A stretch of 64,000 bases of DNA, from assembly GCA_038236695.1 (NCBI GenBank), contig JBBRZM010000003.1, positions 42,476 through 106,475 on the forward strand. The letters run 5' to 3'. This DNA comes from Acidimicrobiia bacterium (lineage in GTDB: Bacteria; Actinomycetota; Acidimicrobiia; IMCC26256; JBBRZM01). Shown one piece after another: positions 37,810 to 48,092 of this stretch (position 1 is the first letter of the stretch; every line of letters starts with the position of its first letter). Below the pieces are notes generated by a model. It saw nothing but the letters and a program-made list of their open reading frames with translations. It had not been told where the DNA came from and did no database searches. A program made the translations under genes and the position numbers.

Positions 37810-37871
37810 ATCTCCATTCTCGGCACGGAAGAGGCGCGAGTTAGTGGATTTTCGCCGCCATTTGTCGCGGA

Positions 37872-38795
37872 TCAGGCCAGGCTGCGCACGAGTCCGTCGA
37901 GGATGTCGCATTCGGACACCAGCAGATCGTCGAATCCCAAGGTCCGCATGACGGCGACGAGGACGACCGCACCACCGACGATCACGTCGACCCGACCGGG
38001 CTCGAGACCGGGGTTGTGGCGGCGCACGTCGACCGGCTCTACCGCCAGCGTGCGAAACACGTCTTCGGCCGCGACCCGGGTGAGCCGGAAGTGGTGGATC
38101 CGATCGCGGTCGTACTCGACCAGCCCGAGCTCGATGGCGGCGATGGTCGTGACCGTGCCGGCGACCCCGATCAGTGTCGCCGCGTCATGGATGCCCGGGA
38201 TCTCGCGTTCGACGTCGCCGAGATGGTCACGCACGGCCGAGACGGCCACCGACAGCTCCTCGGGGGTGGGCGGATCAGAGTGGAGGTACTGCTCGGTGAC
38301 GCGTACGCAGCCCATGTCGATCGAAATCGATGCCTCGGGCGCGTGGGTGCCGAGCACGAACTCCGTGGACCCGCCGCCGATATCGACGACCAGAAACGGG
38401 GAGGGTTCGACAAGCCCGGCCGTCGCACCGAGAAACGACAAGGCGGCCTCCTCCCTGCCCGACAGCAGCTCGGGCTCGATGTCGAGCACCTCACACGCCG
38501 GACCGAAGAAATCATCGCGATTGGTGGCGTCACGGGCGGCGCTCGTGGCAGTGGCCCGGAAGTGCTCGATGCCCAGCTCGTCGAGGACGCCCCGGTACTC
38601 GCGCAGCACCTCGAGCGTGCGCTCGATGGCCTCGGGCGCGAGCCGCCGAGACTCGTCGACTCCCTGTCCGAGCCGGGTGATACGCATCCGCCGATCGAGC
38701 GACACCAGCGTCGCGGTCTCGGGATTCGCCTCCGAGACGTCAGCCACGAGTAAGCGCACGGAGTTGGTGCCGATGTCGATGCCCGCGGCCTTCAT
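37872..38795 (-). CDS. ppx: Ppx/GppA-family exopolyphosphatase
   Basis: Internal ATG 38795 (MKAAGIDIGTNSVRLLVADV). ATGA overlap with the DUF501 stop. DIGGGSTEF motif. Confidence 0.85.
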   Translation of the reverse strand: MKAAGIDIGTNSVRLLVADVSEANPETATLVSLDRRMRITRLGQGVDESRRLAPEAIERTLEVLREYRGVLDELGIEHFRATATSAARDATNRDDFFGPACEVLDIEPELLSGREEAALSFLGATAGLVEPSPFLVVDIGGGSTEFVLGTHAPEASISIDMGCVRVTEQYLHSDPPTPEELSVAVSAVRDHLGDVEREIPGIHDAATLIGVAGTVTTIAAIELGLVEYDRDRIHHFRLTRVAAEDVFRTLAVEPVDVRRHNPGLEPGRVDVIVGGAVVLVAVMRTLGFDDLLVSECDILDGLVRSLA

Positions 38796-39235
38796 GAGAG
38801 TCGGGTGTGGACCCAGCGCCCGACCGGGTCGTCCCCACCGGCCAGGAAATACGCGTAATGCGCGTGGAGACATTTCACGCCGACGCGGGTACCGCCCACA
38901 CCGCCGGTCGGCCGCGGGCCCTCATGGTCGCTCGGGAGCGTGGCCTCGCGTTCGTCGTTGTACGCCCGGTGCGCGGCAGCAAGGGCGCCGGGTTCGACGG
39001 CTACTTCGGCCGCACGCACGCCGCCGCTCGCCTCGAGTGCCGACACCGCGGGCACGAGATCGGGGTCGACGAGCCAGTAGCGAGTCGGCATCGGGGTGCC
39101 GTCGCGCAGCAACGGCGCGTTGCGGATCACACTCGGGATGCCGTCGGGCCGCCGCAGCACGACGTCGAAGTCGGCCTGCGGCGGGCGCCCGAGCAGCCGG
39201 GTGAGCGTGTCGACATCGTCGGACGGGCCGGTCAC
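38792..39235 (-). CDS. DUF501 domain protein
   Basis: 147-aa track ORF. PTRYWLVDP and GVKCLHAHYAYFLAGGDDPVGRW. Conserved position between ftsB-like and ppx. Confidence 0.8.
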   Translation of the reverse strand: MTGPSDDVDTLTRLLGRPPQADFDVVLRRPDGIPSVIRNAPLLRDGTPMPTRYWLVDPDLVPAVSALEASGGVRAAEVAVEPGALAAAHRAYNDEREATLPSDHEGPRPTGGVGGTRVGVKCLHAHYAYFLAGGDDPVGRWVHTRLS

Positions 39236-39268
39236 GGCGCCAGTCTACGAGCGCGGGTGCGCGCCGGC

Positions 39269-41240
<1,972 letters not shown>

Positions 41241-41285
41241 TCACGACATGCGATCAAAGCGCGCGCTCCGCGCGAGAGGCGATGG

Positions 41286-42353
41286 CTACTCGCCGCTCGA
41301 CGACGGCACGCCGTAGGCCGGCCGACCGGCTGCTTCCCACTCCTGGTAGAAGTCGAAGAACGCATTGCCGAACGGATCGACTCCCCGCAGCGGCATCGAT
41401 CCGCGCCGGATCGTCCAGTCCATCGGCGCGAGCGCGGCGGCACGGTCGAAGTGTCGTTCGGCCGCCTCCGACCGTGCGGCGCGCAGCAAGTGCGCGGCGA
41501 GCCGCCGCTCCACGCGTCCTTGCTGTTCGTCGGGTGACGGCGCCAGTTGCCGGGCGCGCGCGCCGTCGGCGTCGAACGCGAGCTCGTCGTGGTCGACCCA
41601 ACGTCGCAGCGCGTCGTGGTGTATCGAGGAGTCGATCTTCGTGAACTCCTTGAAGGTGTCATCACCGGGTGTGATATCGGGCGGGCGGACGATGCGATCG
41701 TGCTCGTCGATCCACACGGTGCTCGGCACGTTGATGATGCCGTACCGCTCGGCCACGACGAACTCTCGATCGAGCAGCACGGGATACGTGGGCCGCGGGT
41801 CGGCGGCGTCGACCCATTCACGCGCCGAGTCAGCCGACTCGTCGAGTGCGACCGCGATGATCGTGAGGCCGGCGGGAGCCAGCTCCTCGTGCAAGCCCTG
41901 CCAGACCGGCAGGTCGTAGCGGCATCCTCACCACGAGGCCCAGGCGAGCAACAACTTCTTTCGCCCCTTGAAGTCGGCGAGCGAGACGAAGTTGCCGTCG
42001 AGGTCGGGCAAGGTGAAAGGCGGCGCGTCGAGCGACGCCATCTCCGCAGAGCGCACCTCGGCCGGTGTGCCGAGCACCGCGACTGTGGGCTGCTTGTCAT
42101 CGCCGGGCTCAGAGGCAAACGGGAGGCGCAGCGCGTGCGCGAATGCTTCGAGGTCGATGCCCCCATCGGACGCGACGAGAGCGGCACGGTCGGCCACGGG
42201 CACGCACACGTCGTCGCGGCACAGCCCCTCAAGCTTGAGCACCCAACCGGTCGCGCGCGCGAGATCGTCGGCCGCGACAAGCACGCGCTCGCCATCGATG
42301 CTCGCGCTCAGCTCGTAGATCGTGTCGTCGGTGACGAGCTCGAGCGTGCTCAT
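41286..42353 (-). CDS. Thioredoxin-fold redoxin (ResA/TlpA-like), candidate selenoprotein with UGA-encoded Sec at 41928-41930
   Basis: Track ORFs 41928-42419 and 41286-41894 share a frame. They are separated only by TGA and 11 sense codons. The joined sequence reads [30 protein letters not shown] 42351-42353 forms an ATGA overlap with the upstream SDR stop. Confidence 0.7.
41897..41930 (-). promoter_or_regulatory. UGA plus candidate SECIS hairpin
   Basis: UGA, then 14 nt, then CCUGCC-GGUCU-GGCAGG (41913-41897). 6-bp stem, apical loop containing GGUC as in the E. coli fdhF SECIS. Confidence 0.5.
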
Positions 42354-43114
42354 GCGCGCCGCTCGATTCGGCGGAGGTTGGACCACACGAGCCGGGGTGC
42401 GAACCGGCGGAGCCGCCACACGAGGCGACTCCCCGGGCCCGGGAACACGAAGAGATCACCGCGCTCGATACCGGCCTCGATCGCGTCGAGCACGGCAGTC
42501 GCGCTGATCGACTTCACGTGCTGAAAGAGCTGCACCCCGGCGAGTTGGTCGAGCATCGGCGTGTCGACCGCCGGCGGGCAGACGCACACGAACCGCACGC
42601 CCGAGTCGGCGTGCTCGAACGCGAGCACCTCGCTGAACGCGACGACGGCGAACTTGCTCGCGTTGTACGCGCCGAGCTTTGGCACCGGTATCCATCCCGC
42701 CAGCGACGCGAAGTTGATCAGGTCGCCCGCGCCCCGCTCGACCATGCCGGGCAGTGCGGCTTTCGTGACGTTGACCGTGCCGCCGTAGTTGACCGCCATG
42801 ACCCGCAGGATCTCCTCGGCCGACTGCTCGAGCAGCGCGCCCGCCGGTGCAATGCCGGCGGCGTTGACCACCCGGTCGATGGGGCCGATGTCGTCTTCGA
42901 CGCGCTTGACGACGAGGGAAACGGCTTCGGCATCCGTGACGTCACATGGGTAGGCGGTAATGGTCGGCGCGCGCATGCTCGTGGCCGCGAGGCCGCGGTC
43001 ATCGATGTCGACCGCTGCGACCGTCGCGCCCTGCGCCGCGAGGTGACGGGCCATGAGCTGACCCAAGCCACTGGCCGCGCCCGTCACGAGGGCGATATTT
43101 CCGCTGTACGCCAT
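42350..43114 (-). CDS. SDR-family oxidoreductase
   Basis: 254-aa track ORF. TGAASGLG, Y-x3-K (YNASK). Directly abuts the upstream gene (43115). Confidence 0.85.
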   Translation of the reverse strand: MAYSGNIALVTGAASGLGQLMARHLAAQGATVAAVDIDDRGLAATSMRAPTITAYPCDVTDAEAVSLVVKRVEDDIGPIDRVVNAAGIAPAGALLEQSAEEILRVMAVNYGGTVNVTKAALPGMVERGAGDLINFASLAGWIPVPKLGAYNASKFAVVAFSEVLAFEHADSGVRFVCVCPPAVDTPMLDQLAGVQLFQHVKSISATAVLDAIEAGIERGDLFVFPGPGSRLVWRLRRFAPRLVWSNLRRIERRA

Positions 43115-43813
43115 TCAGACCACCTCGGCCGCGTCGAAGGTGGCGCGCATCGTATCGATCGATCCGCTCGTGAATGCGCGCTTGGGGAGGCCCAGCGCGC
43201 GCAGCTCTTTGGCCATCGGGTGATCACCGAGCACGAGGGTGGCGCCACCGGGCCGCATACGTGTGCCCGACCCGTCGATCGCCCAGGGTGTGCGGCGGGT
43301 CACACCGTCGAGACATGAGTACGCATCGACGCTCGAACCCTTGGACGGCACCGGCACACCGCGACTGAGGCTCAACGTGAGGACATGCTCGCCTTCATGG
43401 CGGAGCGTGCACGTGGCGACGCGTCCGCGGGTCTCGATCGCGATGTCGGCCATCCACTTCGGAAAACCCCACATCGTGCGGCCGACCTCGAGCGTGAACG
43501 ACTGGTTGACCGGCAGTTGATGGATGAACGCCGCGCCGATCTTCGAGCGGCGACCGCGCCGACTGGCCGGACGTACGAGCACCGCCACTGCGACCTCGTG
43601 GTACGGGCCGAGATCGGAGTCGAAGTACCGCACGAAGCCGAGGCTGACGAACGCTCGACCGGGAAGCGGCTGGGTCACCTCCAAGCCCGAGTAGTCGATG
43701 AGGTCCTGGGCCGCGGCGGCGTCGACGACGAACGTCGCGAACCACGCGTTGGCGTCACGCACCCGCACCGGCACGGTGACTTCATGGCCCTGGATCTCGA
43801 TCGCGGAGCTCAT
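43115..43813 (-). CDS. Acetoacetate decarboxylase-family (ADC-fold) protein
   Basis: Internal ATG 43813. The pattern ...VRYFDSDLGPYHEVAVAVLV... GRTMWGFPKW resembles the ADC family. This is pattern recognition only. Confidence 0.5.
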   Translation of the reverse strand: MSSAIEIQGHEVTVPVRVRDANAWFATFVVDAAAAQDLIDYSGLEVTQPLPGRAFVSLGFVRYFDSDLGPYHEVAVAVLVRPASRRGRRSKIGAAFIHQLPVNQSFTLEVGRTMWGFPKWMADIAIETRGRVATCTLRHEGEHVLTLSLSRGVPVPSKGSSVDAYSCLDGVTRRTPWAIDGSGTRMRPGGATLVLGDHPMAKELRALGLPKRAFTSGSIDTMRATFDAAEVV

Positions 43814-43941
43814 CAGAAGCAGTACAACACCGATCGAGGCACGGGGACCAATGGCGCCACCATCGGTTCGTCGGCCGCTCCCCACGCGTCGACGATCACG
43901 ACGTCGGCCTCCAGCAACACCGATCGCCCAAACGGTGGGAA

Positions 43942-45432
43942 TCAGCCCGCGAGCGGGGTGAGCTCCTCGGCTTCGAGGGCCTGAAGCTCGGCGAAGGACG
44001 CACGCAGCCGACGCCGGGCGCCGCGGTCGTTGGCCAGGTTGACGAGCTCGTGCGGATCCTCCTGCAAGTCGTAGAGCTCGTGGTCGAAGTCATCGAAGTC
44101 GGCGTCGACGTCGACGCGCTTGGGTGTGGGCCAGGGCCGGCCGACCTGGGTGAATCCGCCGCCCACGCCGTAGTAGCGCGCGTACTTGTGGCGCCCGTCG
44201 AACATCCCCCGCATCGCGTACCGCAAATGGATGCAGCTCTCGTACCACGCTGAGTCCTGCGCGAAGAGCACCGCGTCGCGCCCACGGGTCGACGGCTCGG
44301 CGAGCACGCCGGACAGATCGCGGCCCGCGAGCGGCGCGGCTGCCCCGGCCACAGCGGTGATGGTCGCGGCCAGGTCGACGTGCGACGCGAGCGCTTCGGT
44401 GCGCGTGCCCGCCTGCGTCACGCCCGGTACCCGCACGTACAGCGGGATGTGCATGATCTCCTCGTAGAGGAACGGGCCTTTGCTCCGCAGCCCGTGCGAC
44501 CCGCACATGTCGCCGTGATCGGACGTGAAGACGACCGCCGTGTCGTCACGCGCGCCCGAGCCGTCGAGCGCGTCGAGCACGACCCCGAGGTTGCGGTCGC
44601 CTTCCTGGTGCAGCCGCCAGTAGTAGTCGAGGTGACGGAGCCAGCTCTTCGTATCGTCGGGGTCGATGTAGCCGTACAGGCCGTGCTGTTGCTCGTAGAG
44701 CCACTGGCGCTGCACCGCGGGCTTCGTGAACAGGTCGTCGTCGAAGTTGGCCGGCAGCTCGTCGAACACCTCGTCGTACTGACCCGTGAACGCGGGCAGC
44801 GAATCGAATTCCTTCCACTTCACCGAGTCGAGAATCGAGCGCACGAACGCCACATCGTCGCCATGGGCGGCCTGGTAGTCGGGCTGATCGATCGGGAACC
44901 ACATGACGTCGTGCGGGTTGACCAGCGCGACCACGAGAAACCAGGGCCGGTCGTCGCCGGGGTCGGTCGCGTGCGCGGCAAGCCAATCCGCGGCCTGCTG
45001 CGCGATCGGCGGATCGAAAGCCATGCCGGTGCCGGCCCAGCCCATGAAGTGCCGGTCGTTGCCCTGCCAGTCGGAGAAGCCGTACGACTCAATGTCGGGA
45101 GTCGGCGAGTGCGAGAGGTGCCATTTGCCGACGTACGCGGTGCGGTACCCCGCGTCGCGCAGCAGATGGCCCAGCGTCGGGATCGACGGGTCGAGCTCGC
45201 GATGCGCAGGCATGATCACGTTGTCGGTCACGGCGTGCTGCGGCACGAATCGGCCGGTGAGCAGACTGGCGCGCGACGGCGAACAGGGCGACGAGTGTGT
45301 GTAGTGGCGGGTGAACTCGAGTCCTTCGTCGATCAGTCGTCGCCGGTTGGGCAACGTGAGGCCCTCGGGAATCCAGTCGCGCTGCCGCTCCTGGTCGGAG
45401 ACGATCAACAAGATGTTGGGCCGCTTGGTCAC
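43942..45432 (-). CDS. Sulfatase (Cys-type, formylglycine-dependent)
   Basis: In-frame GTG 45432 (VTKRPNILLIVSDQ). Signature SSPCSPSRASLLTGR. GKWHL motif. Confidence 0.85.
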   Translation of the reverse strand: MTKRPNILLIVSDQERQRDWIPEGLTLPNRRRLIDEGLEFTRHYTHSSPCSPSRASLLTGRFVPQHAVTDNVIMPAHRELDPSIPTLGHLLRDAGYRTAYVGKWHLSHSPTPDIESYGFSDWQGNDRHFMGWAGTGMAFDPPIAQQAADWLAAHATDPGDDRPWFLVVALVNPHDVMWFPIDQPDYQAAHGDDVAFVRSILDSVKWKEFDSLPAFTGQYDEVFDELPANFDDDLFTKPAVQRQWLYEQQHGLYGYIDPDDTKSWLRHLDYYWRLHQEGDRNLGVVLDALDGSGARDDTAVVFTSDHGDMCGSHGLRSKGPFLYEEIMHIPLYVRVPGVTQAGTRTEALASHVDLAATITAVAGAAAPLAGRDLSGVLAEPSTRGRDAVLFAQDSAWYESCIHLRYAMRGMFDGRHKYARYYGVGGGFTQVGRPWPTPKRVDVDADFDDFDHELYDLQEDPHELVNLANDRGARRRLRASFAELQALEAEELTPLAG

Positions 45433-45458
45433 GGGCGTATCCTGCCAGCTCGCGCGGG

Positions 45459-46964
45459 TCAGCTGCCGGCCGTCTCGCGTCGCAGTGCCGCTTCTGCCCA
45501 CAGCGCGTCCACGGTGTCCGTCGAGGCGGACGCGAGGTCGATGCCCCGGTCGATCGCGAGGCGCTCCGTCGCTTCGAAGCGGTCGCGGAACCGCGCCGCC
45601 CACCCGCGCAGCGACGACTCGGCGTCAATTCCGTTGGCGCGCGCGAAGACCACTGCCGCGGCGAGCAGCTCGCCCAACTGCGCTTCCACCGTGTCGGGAG
45701 TGGCACCGGGTAACGCCTCAGCTGCGTGCACCAATGCTTGGATCGCATCCGGGGCGCCGCCCGGTTCGAGCCCGACTGACGCCGCCTTCCGATAGAGCTT
45801 GTGCGCGTAGAGCAATGAAGGCAGTCCGGGCGGGATGTTGGCGACGATCGAGCTCGCGCCCTGCTCTACTTTTTTGAGTTGCTCCCAGTTGCGCATCACG
45901 TCGGCGGTCGTGTCGGCCTCGACGTCGCCGAACACGTGGGGGTGGCGGTGCACGAGCTTGTCGTGAATACCGCGCGCGACGTCGGCGACCGTGAACGCGC
46001 CGGCCTCCTCCGCGAGCACGGCGTGGAACACGACCTGGTAGAGCAAGTCGCCGAGCTCGTCTTCGAGGGCCAAGTACGCCTCCAGGGGAACGGGCTCGGC
46101 GCCTCCAGGCGCGCCGGCGGGGAGCGCTTCGACCGCCTCCACCACCTCGTACGCCTCTTCCAACAAATAGCGGGTCAGCGAGTGGTGCGTTTGCTCCGCG
46201 TCCCACGGGCATCCGCCCGGTCTCCGCAACTGCTCGGCCAGCTCGAGCAAACGCGTCACTTCGTATGCAGCGCCTACGCCGGGCGCGTGCACGAGCACCG
46301 CGGTGAGGTGGTCGGGCACGACCGTGCGATCGAGGTCGGCAAGCGCGACGGAAAAGACCCGCTCGTCAGCCAGCCCGAGCCGCTGGAGCACTGTGACCGG
46401 CGCGTCGCCCGTCATGGCGTCGAGCAACCTGAGTTTTACGTCGGAGAGCACCGACGGTGCGTCGCACTGCGCGATCAGCACCGGCCCCGCGGGCAGCGCG
46501 ACCGCACGGCCGCCGACCGCGCGCCCGTCGACAACGTGCGCCCCGCTCATCGGGTCGACGCCGGCCCGCGCCCACGCCAACTCCGCGAACGAGAGCCCCG
46601 GGATCACCGTCAGGTCGATCGTGGCGGCGCGCGCCGCGTCGTGCAGCAGGACGACGGTGTGCTCCGCGACCGCCGGGTTTCCCGGCACCGCGTACAGCAC
46701 CTCCCTTTCCGCGAGCGCCGCCTCGACGAGCGCGTCGACGATCGCGGCGTACACCGCCGCGAGATCGGGCGCGGTCTCATAGAGGTCGTCGAAGCTGTGA
46801 AACGGGTAGCCCTCGCCTTCGAGCGCCACAAGCGCCGGGTGCCGGCGTGTGCGCACAAAGCGGCGCGGGATGTGCTCGATGGCCGTGCGCGCCGCCGGGA
46901 GAAGGAGATCAACGCCTGCCGGGCCGAGGCCGACAACGACGACTCCGGCCTGCCCGGTGGCCAC
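45459..46964 (-). CDS. mazG: Fusion: tetrapyrrole-methylase-like domain + MazG nucleoside triphosphate pyrophosphohydrolase (YabN-like)
   Basis: 501-aa track ORF. C-terminal tandem MazG repeats (EEAYEVVEAVE, LGDLLYQVVFHA). Lies downstream of mfd, as in many Gram-positives. Confidence 0.85.
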   Translation of the reverse strand: MATGQAGVVVVGLGPAGVDLLLPAARTAIEHIPRRFVRTRRHPALVALEGEGYPFHSFDDLYETAPDLAAVYAAIVDALVEAALAEREVLYAVPGNPAVAEHTVVLLHDAARAATIDLTVIPGLSFAELAWARAGVDPMSGAHVVDGRAVGGRAVALPAGPVLIAQCDAPSVLSDVKLRLLDAMTGDAPVTVLQRLGLADERVFSVALADLDRTVVPDHLTAVLVHAPGVGAAYEVTRLLELAEQLRRPGGCPWDAEQTHHSLTRYLLEEAYEVVEAVEALPAGAPGGAEPVPLEAYLALEDELGDLLYQVVFHAVLAEEAGAFTVADVARGIHDKLVHRHPHVFGDVEADTTADVMRNWEQLKKVEQGASSIVANIPPGLPSLLYAHKLYRKAASVGLEPGGAPDAIQALVHAAEALPGATPDTVEAQLGELLAAAVVFARANGIDAESSLRGWAARFRDRFEATERLAIDRGIDLASASTDTVDALWAEAALRRETAGS

Positions 46965-46967
46965 GGA

Positions 46968-48092
46968 CTAGCCGGTCGACGGGGGCGGCTGCGTCTGGGG
47001 CGTCGTGGCGGGGGTGCTCGGCGCCGTTTCGGGCGTGCTCGGAGCGGTACCGGACACTGCCGGCGCGGTCGTGGTGGGCGTCGAACCCTTCGGCGGCTCC
47101 ACGTGCGGCGCCGTTTGGCCGCTCGTCACCCAGGTGCCGTAGCGGGGGTTCAGCTTGACCTTGGTCTTCTTCAAGAGCGCGGTGATGTCCCCGCCCGAGG
47201 CCTGCTCGAGGCTCGTGCGGAGTGGGGCTTTCGCAGCTTCGAACGGAAACGTGTTCGTGATTTTGATGACGTGGAAGCCGGCCGACGTCTGCACCGGATC
47301 GGAGGGCACGTCGTACGCGAGCTTGCCGGCCGCGGCGACGAACGTAGGATCGAGCTGCGAGCCCGCGCTGTCGAGGCAGCCGTACACGCCACCGGTCGAC
47401 TTCGTATTCGCGTCAATCGACTTCTGGGCCGCGAGCTTGTTGAAATCGGTGCCCGCCTTGAGCTGCTGTTCGATCGCGTCGGCGTCGGCCTGTGTCTTCA
47501 CGAGGATGTGCGCGACGAACTTCTTCGACGGGCACGCCTCGACAACCCGGGTGATCTGGGTGTCATATGCCTTGCGCACGTCGGCGTCGCTGACCTTCTT
47601 GGTCGACGCCCTGACGAACGCGCCTTGGCGGGCGAACCGCTCGATCTCCAAGTCCTGGAACCACTTGGGAAACGAGCTGAACGCGCCCTTCGAGGCCGGC
47701 TGGGGGGTGGAGGACTGGCCGTTCGACGTAAACAACCGCTCGGCTTGCGGCTTGGCGGCCTTGGTATCGGCGGCTGTGACCTTGACATGCTCTTTCGCCA
47801 GCTCCTGTTTGATGGCCGCGTCTTCGATGACGTAGCGGAGCCAGCTCGCGGTGATGAACGCGTTGAGCGTGCCGTTGGAGGCCTTGATCTTCGTCGGACC
47901 GCCCTCGTCGGCGATGAGCTTTGCGAACGGCTTGCTGTCGGCGAGCACCCGCAGCTCCTTGGTGACCGACGACTGCGAGGTCGTGTGCCCATTGACCCGA
48001 ACCGCGTATGCGCTCGTTGCCGCGCACGCACTCAACCCGTACGCGAGCGCGGCGACACAGAGGGGAACGGCAAGAAAGCGGGAGATTCTCAC
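46968..48092 (-). CDS. Lipoprotein peptidyl-prolyl isomerase (parvulin/PrsA-SurA-like)
   Basis: Signal peptide with lipobox LSAC. Parvulin core AHILVKTQADADAIEQQLKAGTDFNKLA ... GFHVIKI. PT-rich tail. 4-nt overlap with the mfd stop. Confidence 0.75.
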   Translation of the reverse strand: MRISRFLAVPLCVAALAYGLSACAATSAYAVRVNGHTTSQSSVTKELRVLADSKPFAKLIADEGGPTKIKASNGTLNAFITASWLRYVIEDAAIKQELAKEHVKVTAADTKAAKPQAERLFTSNGQSSTPQPASKGAFSSFPKWFQDLEIERFARQGAFVRASTKKVSDADVRKAYDTQITRVVEACPSKKFVAHILVKTQADADAIEQQLKAGTDFNKLAAQKSIDANTKSTGGVYGCLDSAGSQLDPTFVAAAGKLAYDVPSDPVQTSAGFHVIKITNTFPFEAAKAPLRTSLEQASGGDITALLKKTKVKLNPRYGTWVTSGQTAPHVEPPKGSTPTTTAPAVSGTAPSTPETAPSTPATTPQTQPPPSTG

